This document shows positions 13,057 through 28,209 of a stretch of 64,000 bases of DNA, one piece after another. Source of the DNA: Octopus vulgaris (lineage: Eukaryota); assembly GCA_951406725.2 (NCBI GenBank), contig OX597826.1, forward strand, positions 55,366,001 through 55,430,000. Direction: 5' to 3'. Below the pieces are notes generated by a model. It had not been told where the DNA came from. It made no database searches and worked only from the letters and a program-made list of their open reading frames with translations. Both the position numbers and the translations under genes were made by a program. The first letter of the stretch is position 1. Each line of letters begins with the position of its first letter.

Positions 13057-13531
13057 GTGTATATATGTATATATAAATAGATATACAAATATGTAAATAT
13101 ACACACAAACAACCACACATATACAATACAAATACACGTAAACACACACACGCAAACAAAGACGTACACACAACACACACACACACACACATACACAAAT
13201 ACACACACACACACACACGGCCGGTTGTTTGTTTTGTAAGCGACCTTTGATGGAAGACAACATTAAAATTGTTGACCTATGAAGAAAACACAAGATAATT
13301 TATTGAGAGAGAATCAAAACAGTGTTTTGCTAAGATAAATGACTGATGGAAACTTCTCTAATTCGAGGAGAAATAAATCATTTTCTATAATTAAATATGT
13401 GTGTTCCTGTCATGTTGTGTTTGCTGCTGTTTTGGTTAAATTGTTCAAAAATTTATCTTTTGAAACAATTATTTTGTAGTCAAACTTTAAGGAAGGATAA
13501 TAAACAATATTGTAACTATATATACATACAT

Positions 13532-13599
<68 letters not shown>

Positions 13600-13728
13600 T
13601 GTTTATATATATATATATGTATAAACCCCACCATACACACACATATGTACATGCATATATACACACACATATACATAAATATATATATATATATATATGT
13701 ATGTATATGAATGTACATATATGGTGTA

Positions 13729-13792
<64 letters not shown>

Positions 13793-14038
13793 TGTGTGCC
13801 TCTGTGTGTGTGTATGTATATTTGTATATAGGTGTGTATGTGTGTACATAAAATGCGCGCATATCTAAACACTACACATATGAATATATATAATTTGCTG
13901 TATGAGTGTATGTATATATATATATACATAGGTATGTTTATATATTTATATCTATCTATCTATGCAAATATATGCACGTGTTTATATTTTTATATATACA
14001 ACAGCATATATTAGTTTATTTATATGTATATATAATGA

Positions 14039-14074
<36 letters not shown>

Positions 14075-14742
14075 AACATGAATGCGCTTACGTATATATA
14101 TATGTATGTGTATGTGTATGTATGCATCTATGTATATATATATATATATATACACATATGTATGCATGTGTATATGTATGTATGTATGTATGTATATATG
14201 TACATATGCATACGTCTATGTATGTATGCTTCTATACATGTATGTATGAATGCATGTATGTATGTATGTATGTATGTATGTATGTATGTATGTATGTATG
14301 AATGTATGTACGTATCTATACAAGAATGTATTTATATACGTATGTATCATTATCTCGTGTTACCATTCTGTACTTCGTACTATCCCTACTTTCTGGAAAA
14401 GCTATTTATTTGTGAAGGGAGATAATTTTCTCAGGCGAGTAAGCTAAGTTAATGCAGTTCGCAGTTCCCCTGAAGTGCTCAAAATGCACCAAGCTCTCTT
14501 AATAACTTCCGGTTTATTGTGTAACCGGTGGAAAACCCTTTAAAAGATAGAAGGTCTGCTTTTCTATTGCATATTTACGCCAAACTGTTTCTAGCTGTCT
14601 GAAACATTAATATGCTAATGCATTATGTTATGGTATATACATATATACACACACGCACGCACACGTGTATATATGTATATATTTATATATATATATATAC
14701 ACACACTTACATGTACTTACACGCACGCACACATACGCCAAC

Positions 14743-14778
<36 letters not shown>

Positions 14779-14839
14779 GTGTGTGTGTCTGTACATATAT
14801 ATATGCATATACATATGTTTACATATATGTGTGCGTGTG

Positions 14840-14874
<35 letters not shown>

Positions 14875-15489
14875 AGGCATGTATACACTCACACATACAC
14901 ATACATATATATATATATATGCCTATATACATACACGCATACTCCGACATATATATTGTATACACACGTATACATATACATACTTAAGCGTTTGTGTAAT
15001 GCGTGTGTGTGTCCGCGTGCGCACGTGTATTGTTTTTGTATAATATATAAGTAGGCGATATCAGTCAATCTTAATTTGGAAATTGGTTTTCAACGTAGAT
15101 TTTGATGGCGAACACCTAAAATGACTATGATAATGAAAACACAGTCCACGACATTGGTTGTGTGACGTAATTGTAATTCTTGTGCGGATGTTATATCTGT
15201 ATTTTCTTCAAAGAAACACGGCAATATCTTATTAGATTTGTTTATACAAATCTTTTGTTTTTCTTTCTTCAATTCCTAATCCTTTAAAATAATTTTTTTA
15301 CAGACATCCGTCTGCCACTGTTTTCCATGTATTACTGATTTTGATCAAAGTTATGTCATGCATTTACAGAGACTTGCAACAAACATGAGAGTAAAATTTG
15401 TTTCTCTATCCATTATCCCATTACAGGTGGTTTGAAATACGACTGTCATGAATTTGATAGATATATACATGTTACTGTTGAAGACGTAG

Positions 15490-15700
15490 TTGGAGCCATA
15501 ATGTAAGTATAGAGGCAAAACCTGACATGGTAAATACTTCGATGTGCAAGGCCTTTTCTATTTGCTCCCAAGAATTCTGTGCAACCATTTCGTTCATAAG
15601 TTTGCCTTCTTGTAATAAGTATGTTACCCACGATTTGCTACCATACAGAAATATGATTAAAATACATGGCTTTTTCAAACTCGAATACTTATAGATATAT
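15490..15700 (-). pseudogene. Highly decayed RTE-like ORF fragment
   Basis: CILIIFLYGSKSWVTY resembles the RTE motif C(V/I)..LLYGSESW. Confidence 0.4.
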
Positions 15701-17111
15701 TAAGCAGTTAATAAGCTGTTAAATTAAAACTGGAAAGCATAGTAGCTGTTTTGCCAATGTACAACTTCAGTTTTGCACCTGAAAAGAAATTTTCTACAGC
15801 AGTTGAACAAAGATACTGGAACTTATGTAGTATGTCTTTATCTTTGATCTTAATGATAAAATCAGTCGAGGATTGGTATGCGTGCTATAGACGCGGCATA
15901 AAGATGATACCAATAAGTGTGAGGACGAAGCCACGAGGTGACTTACTTCCTTGACTTCACTCTTTCTCTTCAAATTCTGTTTATATAGATCTGCCTTTTG
16001 GTAATACGCTGATGATACCAATATTAGAACTTTATGATGTTTAGAAGTTTAGATGTGCAACCAATGAATGGCAGTCTTCTAAACAGGCCGACTGTATTGA
16101 TGAGATCAAAAGATTTTGATTAGGTCCCAGATTACTGTACCACAGAAAATAAATCTCATCTCTTCTTGAATCTCACCCTCCACATGTAGCATGTCTATGA
16201 TGGTTCTTTTGTTGCGGAAGACACACTGCAACTCAAAATATAATACTTTTGGAAAATTTCTGAAAGTAATATAAAATTATTTGACTGAAAATATTTTCCG
16301 ATTACATTATGAAGATATAATTATACTGTAATTGTTCCAACTATTTTTCCCATGATTTTCAGGCACATTCTATCAATGTTAGCACGCTACATTTTTTGTG
16401 GAACTGTCACTCTTTCCAACATTGATAAATGAGCTTGTGAAATTAGTTAAGCAAGAATGTTTTACAATTTCCCAAAACCATACTTAGGATACAATGATTT
16501 GCTTCTTCCGGACTTGACATAATTTAAACGAGATTTTATGTGATTGGAGATTTTCATCTACTTCGGGAATAATTTAGTATCGTCAAAAACGTGTTGGTAG
16601 ATATGATATAAACTTAAGTAATGTTCCACCCGTACCTAAATCTGTTAAATTTTCTAGAATTAGTTATTTTTTTTAAGAATGAAGATTTTAAAAAAATATT
16701 TGGTTTCATAGCCTGTGTCTGTGGCTTGTTGAATAGAACTGCGAACATTAAGCCTAAATTCAAAATATATACATTCTGGCCATTTTCTGAACTTCACATT
16801 CTCACAGCATTACGTGGTTGGTAGTTGCTGAAGAAAGCAAGGCTTCTGGTAGTTTGAAGTGCATTAAGATTAGATATACAACAATTACAGAATCTATATC
16901 AGAATCTATATCCTTTTGGAGATACATACTTACATACATATATATTTGTATTTATAGTCCTCAGATGAGATCCAGAGATTCCCTGTATAGAAGACACTTA
17001 GTAGTGCTCAAAAGATTCAAACCAGTGTCTTGACAGGGGATCATTCCACAGGGCAAAGAAAGGCTACATGTATATAAGAGATGACAAAAGAATAACCGAA
17101 TATTTTATGAA

Positions 17112-17206
17112 CCTCATTAGCTTACAACTGTTTCTATTATAACCTGCTGTAGGCTCGTCATTGAGTGCCCGGGTAACACATTACAGCTTCATCAGAGGCT
17201 CTGAGG
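17112..17206 (-). ncRNA. Degenerate type I hammerhead-like motif
   Basis: Minus strand: CTGATGA, long stem II insert, GAAACAGTTGTA (near-palindromic stem III, GUA), imperfect stem I. Confidence 0.4.
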
Positions 17207-17409
17207 TAACAGTAAGATATTACTGTTACCTCTGGTTATTTCTTTGTTATCCGTTTCCTTATTGCAGCTCTGCACCCGACTAACGCTTCTTCACAAGCAT
17301 TACGTATATTGAGTTCTACACCTGGTTATTAGTATCGCTATGTCTAAGCGGATTATTAAAACACACATAAATTCATACATGTATGCAGGTATATATGTAT
17401 GTATGTGTG

Positions 17410-17468
<59 letters not shown>

Positions 17469-17489
17469 TTATGTATGTATATTTCTTCA

Positions 17490-18249
17490 ATTTTTTAATT
17501 ATTATAAATCTTCCACTGAGGCGGGAGCGGTTTCTAAATAAGATTCAACACATCAACATGTTTGGGATGTAGTTAACACAGACAAATTCACATTTGGAAC
17601 TTGAGAACAGTCTCGCATATTTTTTTTACTGTTCCACTCACAGATTGATCTTGTTAATGTACGAACTAGTCGGTCGATTTATCTTTCTGAAAATCCCAGT
17701 TATTCAAGATTCTCCTTTGAGCATTTACTAACAAAAGCGAGTGTTCCACTCATTATTGGTGTGAATATGAATTCATAGTCTGGATATAGAATCTGGAGGT
17801 TTCGAAGCAGTTGTCCATATATATCCTGTTTTCCTTGGATATTTATATTTGCAGGACAGTTGACATATATGATGATACGTACCTTTGCACCTCTGTCCCA
17901 AACAACAATATCCGGCCTGTTATGCTTATATTTTACAGAAGTTTTCATGAGAGTATTCCACCAGTATTCCTTGAGTTGGTGTTTTTGAATGTATCCCATA
18001 ACAGAGGGATTTTCTAAGTGTATTTCAGGTTAGTTTTTCTTGTGGATGCCATTGTAAATTGTTTTAGCAACAACATCGTGCTGCATAGGGAGGTAGTACC
18101 GAGACGACATTTTAGGATGGCTGCTAATCACATGCGTAATATCTTTCACAGAAACATGACATAGCCTACACATGCGGTTGCACCTTGGGATTACAAGAAC
18201 GTCACTGTCTGTCTTGTTCACCAGGTATTTTGTAGTAATCACCCATTCC

Positions 18250-18250
<1 letters not shown>
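17490..18250 (-). mobile_element. Decayed R4/Dong-like RLE retrotransposon 3' fragment
   Basis: CRLCHVSVKDITHVISSHP zinc knuckle, QHD (RHD) motif, HNRPDIVVWD...IIYVNCP RLE motif; frameshifted; 3' end abuts (TACA)n. Confidence 0.85.
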
Positions 18251-18281
<31 letters not shown>

Positions 18282-18469
18282 TATATATGCATATATTGGT
18301 ACAGGACGTCACCAACTGTGTAAACAACATGAAATACGTAGACAAAAGAGTTAAATACGAAAACAACGAGAGAATAAAAATGGAAAACAAGACAAAAAAG
18401 CACAAAGAAACGACCTTTCATCAGTTGTCGGCTGTCTATCTCTTCTTCTTCTTCTTCTTCTTCTTCTTC

Positions 18470-18940
18470 CAATCAGGACTCACGCCATTAACCACAAAGA
18501 ATAATCTCTAATTCGAGCCTACTCTATTCTACCAAGAATGCGTGTCGCAACTTGACGATCCATCCACCACACAAGGCGGTTGCACGGGCTCGAAAGCTAC
18601 GTTGTTATCCTCATTCCGCAAAGGGTGGCTTTTGACGGGTGGAGAGCTGAACCATCCTAGGGTACAGAGGATTCGCAATCTAGACTAGGGTCTGAAATTT
18701 TACCACACCATAGTGGGTTACACCATGGTTACTCTGCTTTGGTACAGAAGTAGGAAGAAAGAGTGAGAGAAAGTTGTGGTGAAAGAGTACAGTGGGGTTC
18801 ATCACCCTCTCCCGCCGTAGCATCGTGGAGCTTATGTGTTTTTGCTCAATAAACACTCACAATGCCCGGTCTGGGCATCAAAACCGCGTTCATACGATCG
18901 CGAGTCCGCTGCCCTAACCACTGTGCCATTGTGCCTCCAC
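18470..18940 (-). mobile_element. SINE group R head plus a distinct ~270-bp tail ending in (GAA)n
   Basis: Head 18745-18940 matches 9628-9933; the contiguous sequence runs into gaagaagaag on the minus strand. Confidence 0.6.
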
Positions 18941-20749
18941 GTCGTCGTTGTTGTCGTTATTGCCATCGTCGTTATATCACACTCATCCTTCTCATCATCA
19001 TCAACAACAGCAATGACAAAACTTACAATTTACAATAATTACGGTAGGACTTCGTAACCGCAACCTCCCATAACAACGTTCCCATAAAGCTAAAGTACCT
19101 CCCACCCACCCTTACCCATTACTAAAGGTAGACAACATTATCCCCGAGAACCCCACCACGCTAACAACAGATTAGGAGTGTATGGACGCGTAGAAATACG
19201 CTATAAGCCGGGACTCCCCACAACTAAATGACAATAAAGAGAAAACAAGGATATTCATACGAAGCGACGATGATGACTCATTCCTTTCCTGTCTCTCTCT
19301 CTCTCCCTTCCTCTCCCTCTCTCTCACTAACATTTATTCATCTATTATCTATTTATTATATATCACCTCAAGCGCTATATCTTACGAGATATTGAATTAT
19401 TTGTTCAACGAACGAACGAGCTATTTGGGCTATCTTTTGCTTGATGTTATTAAATGGAAAATATTTAGCAACATGTTTCATTTGGGTAGTTTTGTTGGTT
19501 TGTTGGTTTGTTTCTCCGAATGTTGGTCCCTCCAAATTTCATTGGAAGGCGTTTAATAGGAGTATAAATTTGCCTTTATAAATTGATATGTCTCGAGAAG
19601 GTCCAATAAAATATACACACATACAGACAAACACATAAACACAGACACATATGTATGTATGTGTGTATGTATGTATGTATGTATGTATGTATGTATGTAT
19701 GTTTGTATGCATGTATGTATGTATGCATGTATGTATGTATGTATGTGTGTATGTATGCATGTATGTATGTATGCATTATGTATGTATGCATGAATGCATA
19801 TATATATATATATATAATATATAAGTATACATACATATCTACATATACGCTTATACGCATACCCACACACACACATATATATATACGTACATATATATAA
19901 TTATAAATACATATATAAACATATGCACATATGCGCATGTATATATTTATATATCTCTATATCTATCTATATATATAGTGTAATATATCATATATTATAT
20001 ATATACATATCTATCTGTCTAACTCTCTCTCTCACTCTCTATACGTACATACATACATACATACATACATACTTACATGTATGCAAACATACATACATCC
20101 ATGCATACATGCATACATACATACATACACACATACATACATACATACATACATATGTACGTGTATGATATTGAGATTAAGATATATGGAGCTGATAGTG
20201 AGATCGCGGCTTTTCAGACATTCTAGTTACTTACTATTGTATATTCTAATATTTAGCAGTAAATATTGATCATTTTAGCTATTTAGTACAAATGCCAATT
20301 TGACAAATTTCTTTTGCTGAACTCAATGGCAAATGTATCCAGTCTAGTTTTATCTGCTAATTACATCTTGTACCCATTTCACAGAAAAAGAATTTTAAAT
20401 CTAAGGAATACACAATAAATCTGCAATAAATTTCGCAAATAATAAATGAGAATTTCCCAATACAAGCGAGACCATTTTGGCATAGCATGCTGCAAACGAT
20501 TCTTAACCAAAACTGAATTTCAATTATAAATACATTTCTACAATAATTGTCCGTATAGTACAAGTAGCAACAGCAGCAACAGCGGCAGCACTAGAGCCAC
20601 CACAACCGCTACTAGCGGTACCACCCAGGAATCACAGAATATATGATGTTTTCAGTGGCACCAATATGACAAAGATTACACATCACATGGAATATAGTCA
20701 TCCATCTACCGAGATTGTTGCTGAAACAAACTCCGTGCATTCTCAAACA

Positions 20750-20798
<49 letters not shown>

Positions 20799-21282
20799 TG
20801 TTGTTGTTGTTGTTGTTGTAGTAGCAGCAGCAGCGACAGAAGCTGCTGCAGTAACAATGGCATGGGATATCTTGATAACAAATGTTGTACGTATTAGTCG
20901 GTTTTTATCTCTTTTAGTCATATCTAATGAATTTATGAATAAATTATATAGGAATTTGGATAGAAATAAAATATCTATGCGTGATTCTTCCTCTTTTATT
21001 GTTCTGATGTTAAATTATATTTGTTGAGGAAAAATATGGTTAGTTAATGGTTATGAAATGACTCCAAAGTACACATTTAGTGCTTTTGTTTCAAATAGGA
21101 GCAAAACGGAAATTGCTGTGCATAAAAGAGTACGGCAGATTCCGTACCAGTTAACTCCAAATATCAGCTTGAGATATTCAGAGAAGGGAATAATATCATC
21201 TTTTTGCTTTTACTTGTTCAGTGATTAGACTACGGCCATGCTGTGGCACCGCCTCGAAGAGATTTTTGACAAAAATGTTTTT

Positions 21283-21585
21283 TACAGTTATATATATTTA
21301 AGAGATGTGGAATTATATACATCACGTACATTATTTACGTTATTTACCTTTGACGGATATTTGTCCTCATCTTGTTTGTTGTTAACACAACGTTTTGGCT
21401 GATATACCCACCAGCATTCATCAGGTGTCTTGGGGAAATTTCGAACCTGGGTTCTCATTCCTAAGGTGTTTTTTCGAGCATATGGCGTAGTGGTGAAGAG
21501 AGCAGGTTACTAACCCAAAGATTTCCGAGTACGATTCCAGGCAGTGACATGAATAATAATAATGATGATGATGATGATGATGATG

Positions 21586-21646
<61 letters not shown>

Positions 21647-21858
21647 ACAATAACAACAACAACAACAACAACAGCATCGAAAAATACCTTGGGAATGAGA
21701 ATCCAGGTTCGAAATTTCCCCAAGACACCGGAAGAAGGCTGGAGGGTATATCAGCTGAAACGTTGTGTTAACAACAAACAAGGTGAAGACAAATATCCGA
21801 CAAATGTAAACAATGTAAATAATGTACATAATTCCTCATCTCTCAAATATAGAACTGT
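21283..21858 (+). mobile_element. tRNA-headed, hammerhead-tailed element in inverted composite (copy 2)
   Basis: Same architecture as 6249-6864: inverted arm 21283-21472, head 21476-21552, (GAT/AAT/AAC)n, tail ending cctcatctctcaaatatagaactgt. Confidence 0.8.
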
Positions 21859-21891
21859 GAGGTCTCCGTCTTTTTGAACTTTAAGTATTAG

Positions 21892-22345
21892 TTTCAAATG
21901 TTCGCACAAGGCCATTAATTTCGTGGGAGGGAGTAAGTCGATTACATTGACCCCAGTGTTCAACTGGCACTTGTTTTATCGACCTGGAAATAATGAAAGT
22001 TAATGCCGAAGTCGGCGGAATTTTACCTCAGAACCGTAAAGACGGACGAAATAAAACAAATTCTTTTACCCCACAAGGTAACGATTTCTGTCAGCCTACC
22101 GTCTTACCGAACTTTAAATATTATTTTCTAAATTAAGGCGGGTAAGCTGGCAGAATTGTTAGCACGCTGAGGAAAATACTCAGCGGCATTTCGTCCCTCT
22201 GCACGTTCTCAGTTCAAATTCTGCCGAAGTCGACTTTACTTTTCATCCTTTCGGGATCGATAAAATAAGTACCAGCTGAGCATTGGGGTCGATGTAATCA
22301 ACTTGCAGCCCCCAACTCTCTCAAAATTTTACCACTATTATTGGA
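21892..22345. mobile_element. Two SINE group M copies, head-to-head (21892-22110 minus, 22137-22345 plus)
   Basis: Similarity to 4644-5015. Confidence 0.7.
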
Positions 22346-22384
22346 TAAACTTAGAAAATATACGAAATTCATCCGGTCCAAAGT

Positions 22385-22621
22385 TCCTTCTCGAGCCATG
22401 CCACGCTCATAAGGGCCGGTTTCCCGGTTTCAGTGGCGTAGAAATTCCCCACCTGGACGGGACGCCGGTCTGTCGCAGGATTACTCCTTTTTGTCAGCTG
22501 AGTGGACTGGAGCAACGTGAAATGAAGTTCAAGAACACAACGCATCGCCCGGTACCGGAATCGAAACCACAACCTTACGATCATGAGTTCAATACCCTAA
22601 CCACTAAGCCACGCGCCGCCA
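22385..22621 (-). mobile_element. SINE group R (CORE-like) with perfect 15-bp TSD
   Basis: CATCCGGTCCAAAGT at 22370-22384 and 22622-22636; homologous to 7247-7510. Confidence 0.9.
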
Positions 22622-22719
22622 CATCCGGTCCAAAGTAGGTCTTACGAACCAAGTTAATTCGAGTTAAATTAATTCGTTAGTGTTCATCTTCCTTTTCAAT
22701 ATTATCGAGATCTGGGTAC

Positions 22720-22982
22720 TCCTGTCTTGAGTCATAGGAATCACGGGGCTTGTTACCCGGTTCCTATAGCCTAGAAGAGATCGAGATCGCAACGTACTCC
22801 CACCCTACTGGATATGATGCGATTCCGTCACACAATTTGCGTATTTACAGCTGTGGGGACTGGATGGAGCGCCGTGAAACGAACTGTTTTTGTGATCAAG
22901 AATAAAATGCATGCCTTGGCCTGGAAATCGAAACCGCGATCTTGTGATCATGAGTGCAACACACTAACCGATTGGTCACGCG
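22720..22982 (-). mobile_element. Degenerate SINE group R copy
   Basis: acagctgtggggactggatggagcgccgtgaaa...gaaatcgaaaccgcgatc...ctaaccgattggtcacg. Confidence 0.6.
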
Positions 22983-24013
22983 TAAAACAGAAAATTTACA
23001 TCAATTCAAACCCAGTAGTATTTAATAAGGAAGAACCGACAGTAAATTGTAGTTAAAAAGAACCTTGTCTGCAATGCCCATGATCATAGATTTGCTCAAT
23101 GAAGATTAATAAGCTTGGGGCTAATCAAAAACACTTCAGTTCTTCCATACTTAGTAAATATTACTTTAAAACAGCTATGATACATAGTTATTTGTTGTTC
23201 GACATTGAACTGAAGTAGTAGCTGTCATGATATTCAGACACGTCTGTCTGTTTTAGAACGAAAAGAATGGTGCAAATTGCAATACTTAAGTTCTCTTATG
23301 TCTTGACTGAAAACCTACAATAAAAAAAATTGGAAGCGAGTTTAACCATAAAAATGTCTTACAGACATGAATACGAACCACTACAGCCGATACAGTCTTT
23401 GAACTTTGAAAGATTTCTCTATTTTTTTCCCCTTCCTTTTATACATCACTTCTCCTGTTTCTATTTTCTATGAATATAATTTCATAGACTATCGTTAAAG
23501 GTAATCAGAGCCAAACTCATAACGCCTTGCTTTTTCCATGGACAGCTTTATGTGAAGTTCTCTTGTGTTAGCAACGAAAAATCATTTACACTGTTGTCTG
23601 AATGAGAATAAAAGGCCTGGATCTCTTTGATAGAGTAGCTCAGTTTTTTCTTCTTCCTCTCTCTCTCGCCCTCCTTTTTTTTTTCTTTTTATTTCCAATA
23701 AAAATCAGACACAACAGTTATATTCTTAGGAAAATAAAAGTTTCCCGTTTATACAGAGTTTTTGTTCTAATCCATAGTTTTGTTGTCGGCTTTCAATATT
23801 CTCCTAAGAAATGCTAGCGCAGCACACTGGCTATAATAATAGCGACGTATAACAATAATACTAATAATAACAATATAACAACAACAACAACAACAACAGC
23901 AACAGCAACAACAACAATGATAATAATGGTAATAATAACAATAACATCAACGATAATAGTACTGATACTACTACTACTACTACTACTATTACTATTACTA
24001 CTACTACTACTAC

Positions 24014-24126
<113 letters not shown>

Positions 24127-24377
24127 TGATGATAACAATAATAATGATAATACTGATGATAATAATAGTAATAATAATAATAATAATGAAAACATGGTTA
24201 TTATAGAAACTTAAAAGGACTAGCCATTACAAAAGCTATTGATTAAGCAATCAGTTTCTCTCGAAGTTTGACCTTGGATACTAAGACGGTTTTTCCTATG
24301 TTATCTTTGTTTGGACTATAAACACATAGAGAAACATATACATACTGGCGGAATACACTTATGTGCTTGTGAGTGTG

Positions 24378-24470
<93 letters not shown>

Positions 24471-24707
24471 GTATATATATGTATATATGCATACACGTAT
24501 ATGCATATATATCTACACAAAAACATATGTATATACACATAAATTCATATACATATGTATGTGCATGTATGTACACACACACACACACACTTATATATAT
24601 ATATATGCATATACATACATATATATATACATATATGTGTAGATATATATCTATATGTATATATGTATATGCAGATATATATCTAAGTATGTATATATAT
24701 ATATATA

Positions 24708-24793
<86 letters not shown>

Positions 24794-25432
24794 CATACAT
24801 ATATGTGATTGTGTTTAATGTGTAAATTATATACATATATGCTTGTATATTTATATGTGCATAAGTTTATATGTGTGTATGCACACACACACACAGATAT
24901 ATACATACATATATATATTGGACTTTATACATTAGCTCATACATATACCCATGGGTACATGCACATACATGCAAGTTCACCCACGCACTGACACATACGT
25001 CCGTATAGGCGTATACCCAAGTTTATCCCACGTTTATGTATGTGTATACTTCTCTACATAAAAAGAATGTGATTATTTTTTAAAGGGAGATCTATAGTCG
25101 ATTGAATCGATCTTCCACAGGTTACTGGCACATATTTTATAGTGCGCAGACTCCTCAACAAAAGGGGCCAACAGAGTTTGTAACAGGAACAACAACATTA
25201 ATTATACGAATTCTTCTGATCTATTGAGTGAGGGAACAAACCAAAAGAACGAGGCACTAAATAAATGTGGTTGACGTAACCTGCCCTCAAACGCTAGATG
25301 AGATGGACTTGTCCTATGGGCCGACGAAGTCGTAAATCATGGGCAGGTGTGTAAAGTTACGCACACATACACACACATGCATGCACACACATACAAACAT
25401 ATACGGATGTAAATGAATGTATGTATTCTGTT

Positions 25433-25489
<57 letters not shown>

Positions 25490-25580
25490 TTATGTGTGTA
25501 TACATATATGAGTGTTTATGTATATATATATATTTATTACGTTCGCTATTTTCCAGTAAATATCGGTGCTTCGTTGTGTC

Positions 25581-25614
<34 letters not shown>

Positions 25615-25934
25615 AAATATTAGGGAATAAATCCAAACTTACAGGGAAAAATCAGATTTAGGATTGAATCCAATTTTATAGTCAAATATTATATTATATT
25701 AAATTAGAGATAAAACCACTATTAGGCAAATCATACAATGAAAAACTTAAGCCAATACATAAGATTAATTAATTTATATTATTTTAAATATATATCAAAA
25801 TTATTAAAAAAAGATAATATGTATATATATATATGTATGTATCTATGAATGTATGTGTATATGTGTATATATGTGAGCTCGTGAATGTTCTCTTCGTGGT
25901 GGTGGCCATTTCCAGGATGTAATATTCAAATCTC

Positions 25935-25980
<46 letters not shown>

Positions 25981-25985
<5 letters not shown>

Positions 25986-26533
25986 GGGCAATAATGATGG
26001 GATGCATTTTAAATGCAAGTATCTAGGATTATGAAAATGACATAGTGTTCCATATATATTTATTACATAAATGGTATTCATAAATTTAGCATATTATCAA
26101 AGATTTTACTATCTAATACAGGCAGTTGGTACTGGTAACCCTCATAATATAGTGGACCATACGTGGTCGAAGCATTCTTTACCAGCCAAAGATCCATCGT
26201 TGCAGCCCAGAGAAAATTTCGACAGCGTGTTGGAAAGCGACAGACATCATCCCAAAAGGTGATCCTGCATGGTGCTACAAACTTCCTGTGAGAAAGGCGA
26301 TTGAAGCCATTCCAGTTAATATACTAAGCCGCACTGTGCTCGATATTAGACAGTGAGCTCGTGAATGATCGCTTCGTGGTGGTGGCCATTTCCAGGATGT
26401 AATATTCGACTCTCAGATATTATATTTGACTCATGTATATCAGTTATGTAATAAACCTATTTGGTACTCTATGTCCTATTTTTAATCCAAGATACTAGCG
26501 TTTAAAATGTGTCCTACCATTATGGTTCACCCT
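25981..26533 (+). mobile_element. Tc1/mariner non-autonomous element
   Basis: Imperfect ~100-bp TIRs (agggtgggcaataatgatggga / tcctaccattatggttcaccct) inserted at (TA)n; remnant KAIEAIPVNILSRTV...RGGGHFQDVIF. Confidence 0.75.
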
Positions 26534-26541
26534 ATGTATTA

Positions 26542-26930
26542 GGCGTAGGCATGACTGTGTGGTAAGACTACTTTCCAGCTACAGGGTTTCGTGTTCAATT
26601 CCACTGCGTGTCGTCTTTGGAAAGTATATTCTACTTCAGCCTTGATCCGATCAGAGCGTTGTGAGTGGATTTGGTTGACGGAAACTAAAAGAAGCCTTTC
26701 CTATATATGTTTGTGCGTTAGTGTATGTCTTTGATTCTGTATTTGTCTCGCCCCACTGCTTGACAACTGGTGTTGGTGTGTTTACATCCGCATAAATTAG
26801 CGGTTCAGCCATAGTGTTTCATAGATTTTACGAAATTAAATACTAGGGTCGATTCATTCGACTGTAATTTCCCGAGGCAGTGCCCCAGCATGGTCGCAGT
26901 CTAATGTCTGAAACAAGTAAAAATGAAAGA
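26542..26930 (+). mobile_element. SINE group C, full length
   Basis: Head ggcgtaggcatgactgtgtggtaag through tail ggcagtgccccagcatggtcgcagtctaatgtctgaaacaagtaa. Confidence 0.8.
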
Positions 26931-27501
26931 TATACTTGTGTGTCTACGCCTGTATGTAAGACTTTTCTATGAGTTTCAAGAATATATGTATGCATTTATG
27001 TAGGCAGGTATGTATGTATGCATACATGTCTGTATGTTTGTATGTATGTATGTATGTATGTACATACGTATGTATGTATATATGTATGTACGTACGTATG
27101 TATGTATGTATGTATGTATATTTGTACACATGCATGCATGTATGTACGTACGTATGTATGTAAGCACTTATGTGTAAATATATGTTTGTGTGTATGCAAA
27201 TCACTGTTGATTCCCTAGAAGCGATAAATTAGAGAACTTTGAGTGGGGATTATATTTTAATATATTATCACAGAAAGGCTAGGATTTTCCGTACTCTGAG
27301 TTGCTCCCTCCCCGATCGGCAGCTGGTATCTGAGGTTACTATTATTATTCACCGTGCGTATGGCAAGAGAGAGGGAGGAAGAGAGAGAGAGAGAGAAAAA
27401 GAGAGAGACAAAGAAACAGAGAGAGAGAGACATAGATAGATGGATGGATGGATGGATGGATGGATGGATAGATAGGTATATAGATAGATATATATATATA
27501 T

Positions 27502-27562
<61 letters not shown>

Positions 27563-27784
27563 CACACTGAGAGGAAGAGTAAGAGAGAGAGACAGAGAGT
27601 GAGAGAGAAAGAGAGAAAGAGGGAGAAAGAGAGAGAGAGTTTAAAGATAAAATTTGTTTTGATATTCCGCCAAGTAAAACCCGATGTAAACAACATTAGA
27701 AAACCTGGTTCTTCCAGTAGTGTTATAATTAACTATCCTTTTATGTGCTGAAGAGTAACTACTTTCTAGTCTATGAAGAAAGAG

Positions 27785-27856
<72 letters not shown>

Positions 27857-28079
27857 ACACACACACAAACAAACACACACACACATACACACACTAACAC
27901 ACACTAACACACACGCACACTACCACACACACACACACGCACACAAACACACACTCACTAACACACACGCACACTAACACACACACATATACGAACATAG
28001 ATATACACTATTCATATATATGTATATGTATATATACATACACTCACACACACACACATATGTATATATATATATATAT

Positions 28080-28162
<83 letters not shown>

Positions 28163-28209
28163 TTCAGACCGACTGTCTGAGACTTTGGTTGTTTTCTTGT
28201 CTTGTAAGT

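Noticed and set aside
18296-18440. Minus-strand CTGATGA in a tacaggacgtca-type repeat (related to 10003-10200)
   Set aside because: No downstream GAAA or stems found; treated as an unclassified repeat fragment
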